Translations under genes and position numbers: made by a program | Origin: Chromera velia | Lineage: Eukaryota | Assembly: GCA_018398765.1 (NCBI GenBank) | Contig: JAHBMJ010000029.1 | Location: 1-59,054, forward strand | Direction of reading: 5' to 3' | Length of the DNA stretch: 59,054 bases | Part shown: positions 38,001-51,432 of the stretch, in pieces | How the letters are laid out: each line of letters starts with the position of its first letter | Position numbering within the stretch: the first letter of the stretch is position 1 | The notes under the pieces: generated by a model | What the model was told of the DNA's origin: nothing | The model's database searches: none | What the model saw: only the letters and a program-made list of their open reading frames with translations

Positions 38001-41000
38001 CAATTGTCGATTGATAGATCGAAACATAAAAGTTTTGTCTTGGTCTAGCTGCCGATTGCATGACCTTCTCTTGTGGCTTGCAGAGCTTTGAATCGACAGG
38101 TATGTGTGCATGCCGCAAAAGCAAAAGCGAGAGGGCTGATGTTTAATGACTCCTCCCTTTGGATTTTCCTTCCCTTCTTCCTTGAGTCCCTCTGTCCTTT
38201 GTGCTTCTATGAATTTTTGTGCATCCTGTCGGTGGACACAATTCCGCGTGTGCACTCTTCTTTGCATTTTTCTTCTTTTTTCATTAGAAGCTGCTCAATC
38301 TAAAAGGGGAGAAGAAGGACGAAAAGGGGAGGCTAAGGAAAGGGTAGAAGGGGGGTTTCTCCCATCGCATTTACTTCATTTTCCGAACACCCACACACAC
38401 ACATAGCCTGGCCCACCCACCAGCTCCTCCGTCAAGTTGTCTGCGGCAACCTCTGATCCCGTGACTGCCAGGATTCTTTTTTTCGGTCTCCACTTCCTAT
38501 CTCCTCCTCCCTTTTCTGCCTCCTCCTTTTCCCGCACTTTCTTGAGTCTCTCAGCGGTGCACCAAGCCTCAACGACGCTGCACGCGACGGTCGTCTTCCC
38601 ACACCCAGGAGGACCCTGCACGAGGGTCAAGCGGTTGCACAGGGCAGACTGCACCGCCTTCTCCTGCACGCACGTGTGCACATACATACACAGACAGTCT
38701 CCTTGACACTCGAGTGGGTTGTAAGACTCCCTTGGTGCTGATCCGGTCGGCGCAGATACAGGCGACACAATCACGTTCTGCAAAGCCGGCCTTTCGAACG
38801 CACGCCTTCAAGTAAAACGGAAAGCACTCATACAGATTCCTCTCATCCGATGGAAACAGAGGCTTTTGTCGATGACTGATCAATGAAGGCTGGAAGAAAA
38901 GAAAGAAAGAAAGACTGGTCTTCCGTACACATGTGAAAGTCGGTCGTTGAGCAGGGCAATTCAAAAGTTCTCAGGGAACACAAGCGAAAAGTTCTAAGAG
39001 AATCAAAGTCAAAAAATGGTCAGAGAACACAAGGACAACAGAGAACGTATCAATTCGAATGTAAACCAAGCAAGAGGTCGCCGGAAAAGACAAGACCCCA
39101 CCTGTGCGGGCGTGAGGATTTCGGCCTTCGAGCATGGCAGAGGCTCATCCACAGGCCACTCCGGAGCGAGCGTTGGCAGGGTCCCTTCTCGCAGTCCTTC
39201 CCTGCATTTGGGAACGCATTCGCATTTACACTTCGGGAACAAATGAGGACTCTGTCTCTCAGGCTCGAATGCACACACACAGAAGGGCCGGGAGGGGGAG
39301 ATAGAGGGGAGGAGGGAAGCAGGAGGAGAAAGAGAGAGGGGCGGCGACATAAACGGGAGAATGTAAGCTACAGGGGAATATGCACAAAAAGCAAGGGGGA
39401 AAGAAGGAAAGCCGCCCTTTTTCTCTTTTCTGTTTGACAGGCGAAGTGAAGTCATCTTCCACTTGGAGGCGCTGCAAGGGATTCACTTGACAGATCATGT
39501 GAACGAAGGGAAAAAAAATTAACGATTTCTCGGTCAATTACAAACAAGTGACTGACTGTGCGAGTGCCTTCGCCTTCTCAGAGCTCGAGTCCAGAAGAAT
39601 CTCACTCAGGGCCTCATCGAACACGAACCTTTCTTTTTCTTTTTCACTCGAGGCCCTTCTCTTCTCTTTTTCCTTTTTCTTCCCACGACCTCTCAATGAG
39701 CCAAGGGGAGCTCTAGTGAGGTGCTCAAGTGCCTTCTGCTCCTTCGCAAAAGTTCCTTCGTTGAGGTAAAGAGGGAACACGCCCACCAGGGGGGCAACGA
39801 TCTCTTTCCTCTCAGGAGCGTTGGAGAAATCTGTCTCCATGTCGGGGTTCGCTTCCAGTACAGGACCTGCACACACAACAGGCAGGGTCATCCGTGTCTC
39901 CATCATCGAGAAATTCCAATCTCTTCGATCTGGTGGGTTTTCTCTCCAGAAACGGACGCGTACCAACCTGCCACAACTCATTTAAGGGTAAGCAACTGTG
40001 ACTGACTGCCTCACTGACTGACAGACCGACCTGCAATCATCTTCCAGGCCTCCACTGAGGAAGGGAATGACAGCTCTACTGTGTCGCTCTTGATGTCCTT
40101 CACCGTGCACAGAGCACACCTCGATAAATCCGAGGTGTCCGGCACGAGATCTTTTTCAATTTTCTCCCCTCCACTCCCACCATGATGTTGGAGCTTCCCT
40201 TTTCCTTTTTCTCTCTCCACCAACGGGCACAGAAGCATCAGGTTGCCCCTTTCCAGCACTGAGAATCCGAGTGCAAATGACAAAGCAGGATCTGCCGCCT
40301 GAGGCAAGATCAGCTTGAAGGACGCCTCAGGAAGTGTGGAGGAAAGAACAGAAACCGAAGAGGTATCTTCCTCCTCGATGAGTTCTTCTCCATCTCCTTC
40401 CGAGTTCTCTCCTCCTCCCCTTTCCTGACTCCATTCATCAAATGCAGACAGAGACGGATCCCACTCACCCCCACTCATGACCATCTGACTTGAACTGGAA
40501 CCTTCACCATACAATGGGTGCTGCCATGGGTTTAATGAATTCTCAAAATCAGACTGACCCCACCCTCCCCCCCAAGAAACGCCCTCTTCAGTCTGGGCTT
40601 CAGACCAATCCTGCGTCTCAGCCCCTTCCTCTACGTCTCCTCCATTCTCTGTCCAATCCTTACCTTCCCCTTGTATTTTCACAACCTCAACGTTCTCCTC
40701 CTCCCCTTTTTGAACCCCTTCCCATCTTTGCCACGAATCATTGTCTTCCTCTCCCCATTCTTCTTCACCTTCCCCCCCTCCGTCTACCGATCCCTCTTCC
40801 TCTAACTCCTCCCCCCACTGGGCACCTGCCCCACTGCGCATCCACTCCTCTTCGCTCGTCGGCCCAACGTCTTCTCCTTCACTTGCTGCCCATTCCTCTT
40901 CATGTCCCCTATCCCACTCCCCGTTTGTTTCCCCTTCAAGTCCCAAACCACTCCCACCATCCACCCCATACAAAGATGATGATGCCCCCCCGTCTACCCC

Positions 41001-41308
41001 ATACACCCACTCGCCTGCCTCAGTTCCCTCCGTCCACCCCTCACCCCCACCCCATCCCGCCTCAGGTAACCAAGTCCCCACCGCCCCATGATCTGACCCC
41101 ACACACCCCTCCGCCTGCAATGCCATCCACGCGTCTCCTCCGACCCCCTCTCCGCCCTGCCACCCCTCCCACCCCATTTCTTCTGAAGGTGCAGCTGGAG
41201 GAGGTAGAGGGGGAGGGACGGAATGGACGTTCATGACCAGAAAAGCACCTGCGTGGATGAGTCACAATAAATCCATTGACCTTTTCGCTTTGCGTGTGCA
41301 AGCATGCA

Positions 41309-41350
<42 letters not shown>

Positions 41351-43607
41351 CGCGCGCGCGCGCATATGTCCATGCATCTATCCGTACGCATTTGTCCATC
41401 CCTCTTTCACAGACTCGCACACACACATACACATACACACACACAAAAACAAACAAAGACACAGACATAGTGCTCTCTCCATTAAAATCTGTGGATAGAA
41501 GTTTAACACATGACTTGCACAAGCTGCATGAAACCCTGCGTGAAATCAATAAAAGGGAAGCCCATGTGTTGAGGACCTCCATGATTCCAAATACAGATTC
41601 GATTTGCAGCAAAGAGGAAACAAAAAAAGTCAACCGAGATACAGGTCCCACACGAACTGCTTACTCACGCACTCACTTGTCACATTCCCTCTTGACAAAT
41701 GTTGATTCTCCAACAAGACCTTCCCCGTTCCCTCTCCCACACCCACAGCCTCCCCTGCAGTCTCTTCATTTTCTTTGTCCTCCTCCTTTTCGTCGCTGCT
41801 CGTAAGGACAGTCGGAGCGTGCCAGCCTTTCACTTCTCTGTTGATATCCTCAAGTCTCTCGAGGCCTGTCAGATACTTGAACTTCGCATAGTACCTGCAT
41901 GCATGCATTGTGTCGGTTGGTTGGTCAGACAAAACAGACACACAAACATTCACATACACAGTCAGACTGCCGAGCTCCGTTCTCTCTTCAGACCAATCCT
42001 GCAGTCCACATTCTTCATCACCTTATCCATTCATTCATTCATTTATTCATTCATTCATTAGGCAATCAGCCATTCGCTATTCCTTCTATATGTCCACGAG
42101 TGGCTTGACAAAATCCAGCAGCTTCACTCACTCTTTGACCCCCTGATGCACTCACACACCAGTCTCTCACACGCACACGCACGCACGCACTCACTTGCTC
42201 TCTCGCTCACTCACATGGCGTGCATTCTGGATGGAAACTCCGAAGCACTAGGAGCCAGTGCAGCCAACTTATGGAGGGTGTGCACCGCAACGTCCCGGTT
42301 CAGCGTGTGCACCAGTGAATCCATGCACGCACTCCATGTGCGCACAGGCCTGCAGACAGAGAAGAGAAAGACAAAGACAGAGAAAGAATCGGTCTTCTGC
42401 TCACCCACGCACCCCCATACACCCCTATTCTCGCAGAACGTCACTGCACGATGATCAAATTGTCACTCCACTGACATGTAGGCTTTTTTTCCGTTTCCCC
42501 CGTCTCCTTCTGGCAAGGACTCTCCGGGTTCTCCCTCGTGCCCGTCCTTCTGGGCGTAGCTGTCGAGCAGATAGTGGATGTCCGCCTGGGAGTTTACGCC
42601 GACGAGGAACGAGAGCGCAGGGGGAAGTAGAATTCTCTCCACTGCGGGAGGCCCTGTGACCAGTAGAGAGGCCAGACTGGCAAGATCCGTCCGAGCTAAG
42701 CTCTGCCTGGCTCGCTTCCTCTCTTCCTTGCTCAGAACCACATCCCTGCTAGACTGCAATCCGATGGGGCAGACCCTCAGAGCCTGGGTCGAGGCGACAG
42801 AGGGGAATGAACAGAAGGGCATAATTGTGCATCGCATGGGATGGCCAGAGCCTAAGAAGTGGCTCACAGGCTTTGACCAGGACAATTTCGGATATCCAGG
42901 ACTTGTTTCCTTGAGAAAGAAAAAAAAGTCCTGGCCAGAAGGAGAGCTCCAAGTGTACATGAGTATTTTTTTTTTTTCGTATGCAGAAGAAACATGGTAA
43001 CGAAAAAAAGATATTACCAAGATTGCAGGCTGCGGGTGCTTGCAGTCGCAATGCAGAAAGGGAAACAGACTATCACGGTCAGTCGACCTCAACTTTGTGA
43101 GGGAGAGACAGGGGCGGATCGAGTTGGAACAGAAAGCGAGAGAAAGGGTCTCCTTTACTTACCTCCCACAACCGCTTCACTTCAAACAAATTGACTCCAA
43201 GTAAAGACTCCACAGCCCGCACTTTCGCCACCAGCAGCGCGGCCTCTCCAGACGTAGCGATAACATCCTTCACCACTGCTTCTTGGGTGCCGGCCCCTGC
43301 TGGCTCTGTGTCCTCCTCTGCTTTGTCCATGTGTGTAAAGCGTGCAACAGCAGAAGCACAGAATCCCTCTGCCAACCTGAGCTCCCGTTCGACGCCATCG
43401 ACTTCAATGCCCATTTTCGGAAAAATTTTCTGTGTCCATTTTTCGAAATCTGCGTATGGGGTCTCTTCAGGACCTCCCCCCTTGGGGTTGGGGGGGAAGA
43501 GTGCTTCTTCTGCTGGAGTCAGAAGGTCGTAGACGCACTCCCCCCCTTTCTCTCTCTCCGTCAAAAGAGAAAGCTCATTCGCGAGTGAGTCGTCCAGGGA
43601 GACCTTC

Positions 43608-43640
<33 letters not shown>

Positions 43641-43838
43641 GGTAGGTGAAGGAGGATTCGAATGAAGGGGTTATTCTATTCTAAAGAAAAAATCTAATGG
43701 CGCTCTGAAACGCAACACCAAGGAGAAAGTCGGTGCAGCTATTAAGACACGCCCTCACAAAATCTGTCGCTGCCTGCGAGAACCTACAAAAGAGAGGGAC
43801 ACTATCTGGCCACACAGACTATGAGTGAGGCTCTGTGT

Positions 43839-43935
<97 letters not shown>

Positions 43936-44818
43936 AGAGAGAGAAAGAGAGAGACTTGTTGTGCGGCTCTCAAAGAGCCCTCGATCCCGCTTACCCACCC
44001 TCGTTCTGTCTTCGGACAGCGCCATCCCCTCGATGGACAGAACGGCATCACGAAGAAGGGAATACCCAAATTCCCTCAGAGGCAGCCTTCTGCCATACAA
44101 CTGCACTCAAAAGTGAGAGGTTGCGAATATTGTCCGAATCTCTTTCGTTCACATAATCTGAAGATGGTTACAGCAATACTGGCGGTCAGTCTGCGAACTA
44201 AGAAAGATACCATTGTACACTTGCAGTGCTGATATCTAAACAGAAAGCGGACAAGAGCAAGACTCTGCGTTTTGGGTCTAATTCACGGTGAAGATGAACT
44301 GAGAGAAGAATAGAGCAAAATCCCGAGAGATCATTCTCACCCACCTTCGTGTACGCCTCACGGATTGTTTTTAGATCCATGCCGTCTTCAGGACCTCCAG
44401 AGATAACCCAGGCAAGGACCCTGGCAAGAGGCCGAGGAAGGGGCCCCGGGACGCTTTTCTTTTCCTTTTTCGTGTGTTTTGGTGTTTCTTCTTCCTCATC
44501 CAATTCGGAGACGGCAAGCGCCAATTCCTTCAGTGCCGTCTCCGTCTCCAGAGACGGGATGTACGGCGGTGTTGTCTCATCCTCATCGACGTCAATATCC
44601 CATTTCCTTTTGTGCTTCCCTCGAGTTCTTGTTAGAGGATCGATAGGCAAACCAGCACGTTGTCGGCGTGAGAAAGGGGAGAGAGATCGAGAAAGTTCCT
44701 CAGAGAAGGGCCTCACCAAGAAGCAACATGCAAATTCCAGCTGAACAGACAAAAGCAGCAAGCCATACACAAAGAGTGAGCTGACTACGCTCTTCTGGTG
44801 GAAATCCTCTGCTCCCAT
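35028..44818 (-). CDS. UPF1/DNA2-NAM7-like superfamily 1B helicase (AAA_11/AAA_12) with an N-terminal LOTUS/OST-HTH-like domain; many exons
   Basis: Motifs occur in the expected order: stalk-like YYAKFKYLTGLERLED, LTLVQGPPGCGKTT, IITTCANV, LLIDESGQ, LVLIGDEKQLPP, SLFERL, LLNVQRRMHPSL, IGIITPYQAQ, TVDGFQGKEKDVVLFSAVR, RRMNVMLTRARRGLVV. Stop at 35028. The start codon is uncertain. Confidence 0.9.
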
Positions 44819-45599
44819 TGTCACAGAGTGCGCGAAGGCTGATAAAGAGGCACCGATCCGACAGACTCACTTAGAGCATTACACCGAACGCCGTTCGCGT
44901 GACAGGCTACACGTTGACTGAGTAGACGTCCGCTCCAAAAATCGCACACAACCGAAAGCTCGTCAGCAGAGAACCGCACAAAAGCGTCATCCCAGAAAAG
45001 CAATTCCTTGATGTGATTGCGAATCATGGATCTACTCCCCTAGCTGCAGGCATCGCGGTGCAGATGACCATGCAGGATTGCATGATTATGACTGTCAGAT
45101 TAATTGTCACACCTGTCAGACTTAATTTCCGTGCAGCTTTTTTGACTTTTTGGTGCACTACGTCACTGTTGCCGTGTGTTGCCAAGTGTTGTCCTAAAAG
45201 TCCGGAGTGTTGCCGCCACTGAGGTATGTGTAGACGGAGACATTCAAACGCGGCTGAACTTGCCGCTGAAGTCAATTAGCAGTGCTTCTCTCTTATATAT
45301 CGAACAATGATGTTCGTCTGACACCGAATCAGAAGGTGAAACGGCTGGAGGTGCTGCTTTGAGGCCAAGAAGACACTTTTCTGCAAGGACGACAGCGATC
45401 TAGCTCGCGGCATTTGCATGGTGGTCACGCCAACAGAATGTGATTCACGACCCGACATGATGACAGAGTTTCTTTGTCAACGCACCTCCAGGTTCTATCC
45501 TGCACCGTCCAGCTGTCTCTGCGGTGCGTTCTGAAAACCTTTTCACAGTACACGAGCTAAGTCTCTGCCGTATTCGGTTAGCTTATACCTTCATCCGGG

Positions 45600-47173
45600 A
45601 TGGTCGTCTCCTCTTTTGTTTCTGCCTCTCTACCGTGGGCCCTTCTCCTTCTGTCCTTCTGCGGTCCCTCACCTACTGCCTTCTCACTGCACAGCACTGC
45701 AAGCGGGGTGCAGAGTCGCGGACGCTGTAGCCTCATAAGGGGTGGACCTGTAAGCCAGTTGTGCGCAGTCCCTGACACGCAAACGGAAGCAGGAAGCCAA
45801 ACAGACAGGGACCTCTCCCGTCTCCAAGGTAGACTGATGAAGCAGCTCCGACAGACCTGCAGAGAGTTCGGCATGATCGAGCCGAACGACCACATCATGG
45901 TATGCGTCTCGGGTGGCAAGGACAGCGCCACCCTGCTGGTCCTCCTGCAACACCTGCAGCAATCCCTTGCACCTGTCGTGCCCTTCAGGGTCAGATTGTG
46001 TGTGTATATATGTAGTTTTCGGCGTCGTTATTTGAACATGGTTTTTTTGCGTGTTTCATCGTGAACGAAAGTTTGCAGCTTTGGCACTGCCGCAACACGT
46101 GCACTTCGATTCTTGTGTCAGACTCGAGTGTCTGGAATAGCCCCTTCTTTCCGCCCACAGATCAGTGTAACTGCTGCCTTTCCGCTGATTTGCATATGGC
46201 CATCCATGTAATGGCTCTGTTCGTCTCTATCTTTTTCGTTCTGTATGTGTCGCCGGCTCTCTGCTCGCCTGACCGCCTGCGAGCCGGTATGTCTTGATCG
46301 CGCGAAAAACGAGAGGGATGAACAGCGAAAAACACAGCAAGTAGTGGTACGGGGAGAAAACAAGCCGGAAATCATTTGTAGGGGGTCTACCCATTCATCC
46401 ATTCATCTATGCAGCTGACAGCAGTCCATCTTGACCAGCAACAGCCGGGGTACAACGGAGAGCCCCTGGTCTCCTGGCTGGAATCTCTCGGAGTTCCCTT
46501 CCGCATTCTTTCCGAGGACACCTACTCTGTCGTCAAGGAGAAGGTCCCAGAAGGCAAAACTTACTGCTCTCTCTGTTCTAGACTGCGGAGGGGAATCCTC
46601 TACACGGCTGCGGAGGAAATAGGTGCGAACAAGATCGCTCTAGGCCATCATGCAGACGATGCGATAGAGACGCTGTTCTTGAACATGATCCATCAGGTCG
46701 GGTGGGGGGGAGAAATTTAAGGGGAAACTATTTGGTGCAGTCAACATTCGTTGTATCCGTTGCCGTATGTGACTTTCTCCTTTGAATGTGCTCATGGTCT
46801 TTCAGACGATTATGCACACGGCAGGCATCCAGACTTTCTTTTCGAACAGTCAAGTCACTCATGATTCAATGGGTGCACGGGGGCTTGGGAAGTCTCTGTG
46901 GTCTTTTCCTCTTGTTCCAAGCCGGACAGCAGGAACAAAGCGCAGTAGAGAGACTAAAAAGCAGTGAGACAAGCGAGTGGGCGCACAGAAGCCTTCGCGC
47001 TTGGTTTCTAGGTATAAATGCAGTCACACTCACTCTCTCTCACACACACATACACATACACACACACGCACACGTACGTGTACAAAGAGGGCAAGTGGGA
47101 GAGACAGAGCAATAGAAGAGAGAGAGGGGGGTGAAAAGAGAGAGAGGGAGAGGGAGAGAGAGGGAGAGGGAGA

Positions 47174-47212
<39 letters not shown>

Positions 47213-48504
47213 GATGCGAGAAATATCTATTTTCAACTTCTCTTTCCTGTTCCTTCTTTCCTTTTTGTTCCTCCCCTCCATGCATGCAGGGACAGACGAA
47301 GGGAATGCCTGCCCGGTACGTAAGTGAGAGCCGGGGAGGCATCCACGTTCTGCGGCCTCTCATCAGGTGTCTAGAGTCTGATATCGCGGAGTTCGCACGG
47401 AGAGGGGGATTCCCCATTCTCCCCTGCACACTCTGCGGGAGCCAGCCGGATGCACAAAGGCAAAAGGTGAGGTCAAGATCTTGAGATCACGATGATGAGA
47501 AGCTTGTTCCCCTCTGCATTGTTTTTGTGCATTGTCATTCTTCACAGGGTGTGAAGTCATTCCTGTGATTTCTCATCTTGGCAGAGCCGTCTTTCTGCTT
47601 CATTGTTTTCAGTGCTCCCATTACCTATCGGTTTTGGTGTGTTCTGGATTTCTTTCCATTCGCAATGCGTCTTTATGTACGAATGGGCGTCCGTGTGCAT
47701 ATTTTGAATTTATGTATCTTTCTGTCGTTCCATAATCGGCCTGTCTCTTTCTTTATTTGCCTCTGCGTATTCTATGTACCGGTGTCTTCGCTGTATGCGT
47801 GGTCAGTGACAGTCACGTCAAATTCTCATTGTGCGTGAGGGTCTGCGGATGCGTTCGCGTGGGAAGGTGCATGGGGTGCGAGAGCATCACCAACCACGTG
47901 ACTGACTGTGCTGCAGGTAAAGCTGCTGTGTGCGACTCTGGAGAGTCTCTCTGTAAACGCCAAGAGGAATTTGGTGTCTGCAATGGGAGACGTCCGGCCG
48001 TCCCACCTGCTCGACAAGGGTCTGAGGGAGGCGGCAGGTCTGGACCCTCTCAGTGGCCTCTCCGTTGCACCCAGGGGTCGTCTGGTAAAGGGGATTGAGC
48101 GAGCCTCGGAGGGGCATTTTGAGCTGCATGTGCCTGGGGAGGATGTTGCTGTTTTGGAAGGGGGAGGAGAAGAAGACGGTGGGAAAGAGGGGACAACAGG
48201 AGGTCTTCTCAAGAGTCTTCAACTTGTTGAAGTCACTGGAGGACTTCACAAAAAGCAGGCTCTCTCTGGTGCAACGCAAAAAGAAGAAAGAAGAATCATT
48301 TTGCCGGAAAGCGAAGCAATGCAAGGTTCTAGTGTTTTGACGAACCTGGGGTCAGTTCAAACAGTCCAGAATGGAGCTGCTCTTCCGGTTTCGCGTGGAC
48401 AAGAAACAACACCAAGTTTTTTGGAGTCAAATTCGGATAGCCCTGGCAAGTCTATGTCAAGAGCGAGACCACAAAAGCCCCCTACGAGGGCGCCTTCACG
48501 ATAG
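45600..48504 (+). CDS. ttcA: tRNA 2-thiocytidine(32) synthetase TtcA-like protein with an N-terminal targeting extension
   Basis: Exons 45600-45989, 46415-46696, 47290-47466 and 47917-48504, all phase 0. PP-loop [53 protein letters not shown] and [12 protein letters not shown] match bacterial TtcA. The N-terminus is hydrophobic and followed by a Ser/Thr-rich segment. Confidence 0.9.
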
Positions 48505-49574
48505 TAGCTGCAGGTAGCCGCATGAATGCCGCATGCAGGTTACTCAGGCTTTTTGAAGCTAGCTTTGAAGCCTCTTTCATACTCCAGTGAGTCCAGTCTA
48601 GACTCTAGTTCATACTATTTGATCAAAGCTAGGATGAAAGATCGATTCTTCTAGGGATTCTTGTACCAGTACTTTGGGCGAGCCGGTCAGCTAGCTAGCC
48701 CAAGAGTTTAATTTACTTTGAGGCCTTTAATTAATTTAATTAATTAATTTTGTTGAGGGGGGGAGACTAAGGGACGTATTATTTTTAAATTTTGTAATCC
48801 TAGTCTATACACCGTAGTATATGGTTAGAAACTTGAAAGGAATATATTGGTAGGTTTATTATATTATGGCTGCTAGCATGACAGTGACTGAAAACCCTAT
48901 AATCAAAACCATGCATCTTAAATTTCCCAGGAATTTATTTGATGTACGTACTATGTGATTTCATCTATGAATTAACCGGTAAAATGAAAAAATAGTCACT
49001 ATTTTTACTATTCCTACGTTTTGATAGTAAATAGTAAAATAATGGACTATTTACTATTTGATACAAAAGAAATAATCCACTATTTTGACTATTTTTACAG
49101 ATGAGTCAGCACAGAAAATCTTGCTATAAAATAGAAAACTATTTTACTATTTTCACTATTTTTATATTCATTTTACACTTTCATTCAGTCACTACGCAGT
49201 GTCACCAGAAATAGTCAAAATAGTTAATTATTTTCACTATTTTTACTATAAATTTTACATCTATTTTACACTTTCACATCGATTTTCCCATTGTTTTCGA
49301 CCTTGAAATTCTTCAAATTCAATCAATCCTATAATGATCTGTCCCCTTCTTTTCCTTTGCCTTTCCCTCATCCTCTCTCTACTAATTTGAAGCCAGTCAG
49401 GCAGGCTGGGAGAGGTACCAAACAAAGTTGAATTTAGTTGAATTCAAGTTGAGTGCCTGCTTCAGTGCTGCCAGTGCATGATAATCAACCATACGTAGCG
49501 GTGAAAGGCATGGAGATCGAGAGGAAGAATGGGAAAAGCGGAAAACGGGACAGGAAAAGGAGAGAGAATTGAAA

Positions 49575-49890
49575 GACGGAACGAAAGGAGGAAGGAAGGA
49601 AGGAAGGAAGAAAGAAAGGAAGAAAGGAAGAAAGGAAGGAAGGAAGGAAGGAAAAAAGAAAGGAAGGAAAGAAGGAAGGAAGGAAGGAAGGAACCAGGGG
49701 AAGGAAAGAAAGAAAGAAGCAGTAGAAGGAAGAAAAAAATCAAAGAAAGGAAGAAAGGGATTAAGGAAGGAAGGAAGGAAGGAAGGAAAGAAGGAAGGGA
49801 GGAAAGAAGGAAGGAAGGAACTAGAGAAAAGAAAGAAGGAATTCAGGAAGTAAGGAAGGAAAGAAGGAAGAAAAGAAAGAAGGAAAGGAG
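49575..49890. repeat. (GGAA)n purine-rich simple repeat
   Basis: Visible tandem run. Confidence 0.9.
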
Positions 49891-49957
49891 ATGGAACTGT
49901 AGAAGAGTCTTCTTTCTCTAAGAACAAGGGTCTGTGTCGCCAAAAAAAATGTCTAAC

Positions 49958-51120
49958 ACGCTGTTGTGTGGATGGGGACAGAGGAAAGAAAGAGAAGCCT
50001 CTACTGGGGGGAGGATACACTCACTGCTTGTGCGGTGGAACTGCTGAGGAGTCTCCTTCCTGTCAGTACGACGGCCTGTCTCGCCAAGGAAAACTGTCTG
50101 ACATGCTGTTGTGTGGATGGGGAGAGCAGAAAAAAAAGAGACGTCAACTGGGGGGAGGATACACTCACTGCTCGTGCGGTGGAACTGCCGAGGAGTCTCT
50201 TTCCTGTCAGTATAACGGCCCGTCTCGCCAAGGAAAAATGTTTGCCTCGCTGTTGTGTGGACAGGGGGAGCAGAAAAAAAAGAGACGTCGACTGGGGGGA
50301 GGATACACTCACTGCTTGTGCGGTGGAACTGCTGAAGAGTCTCTTTCCTGTCAGCACGACGGCCCGTCTCGCCAAGGAAAAATGTCTGACATGCTATTGT
50401 GTGGATGGAGAGAGCAGAAAAAAAAGAGACGTCAACTGGAAGGAGGATACACTCACTGCTCGTGCGGTGGAACTGCTGAGAAGTCTCTTTCCTATCAGCA
50501 CAACGGCCCATCTCGCCAAGAAAAATCTCTGCCTCACTGTTGTGTGGACAGGGGGAGCAGAAAAAAAAGAGACGTCGACTGGAGGGAGGATACACTCACT
50601 GCTTGTGCGGTTGAACTGCTGAGGAGTCTCTTTCCTGTCAGCACAACGGCCCGTCTCGCCAAGGAAAATCTCTGCCTCGCTATTGTGTGGACAGGGGGAG
50701 CAGAAAAAAAAGAGACGTCGACTGGGGGGAGGATACACTCACTGCTTGTGCGGTGGAACTGCTGAGAAGTCTCTTTCCTGTCAGCACAACAGCCCGTCTC
50801 ACCAAGGAAAACTGTCTGACACGCTGTTGTGTGGATGGAGAGAGAAGAAAAAAGAGAGGCCTCGACTGGGAGGAGGATATACTCACTGCTCGTGTGGTGG
50901 AACTGCTGAGGAGTCTCCTTCCTGTCAGCACAACGGCCCGTCTCGCCACGGGAAATCTCTGCTTCGCTGTTATATGGATGGGGAGAGCGGAAAAGAAAAA
51001 GAAACGTCGATTGGGGGGAGGATACACTCACTGCTTGTGTGGTGGAACTGCTGAAGAGTCTCCTTCCTGTCAGCACGAGAGCCTGTTTTGCCAAGGAAAA
51101 ATGTTTGCCTCGCTGTTGTG
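49958..51120. repeat. Tandem array of 8 copies of a ~144-bp unit
   Basis: The anchor gaggata(c/t)actcactgc starts at 50011, 50155, 50299, 50443, 50586, 50729, 50873 and 51018, giving spacings of 143-145 bp. Confidence 0.95.
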
Positions 51121-51264
51121 AAGATGTGCAGAGAAGAAATGAGAGAGACGGGTGCCCTATAAACATAGCACACTGTGCAAGCACGATGCACAGCTTCAAT
51201 GCTTCAAGCCACCTTCATGTCTGCCTTAAAGGCAGGTTGATAGGCTGGCCGACAGGAGAAGGTT

Positions 51265-51290
51265 GCTCTCTCTCTCTTTCTCTCTCTCTC

Positions 51291-51323
<33 letters not shown>

Positions 51324-51341
51324 TCTCTCTTTGTCTGTCTG

Positions 51342-51432
<91 letters not shown>

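Noticed and set aside
49958..51120. 144-bp array as a CRISPR array, a protein-coding repeat or tandem hammerhead ribozymes
   Set aside because: There are no unique spacers or cas genes. The ORFs arise because 144 is divisible by 3, and the 143/145-bp units break the frame. CTGANGA appears in only some units and lacks a proper stem II followed by GAAA.
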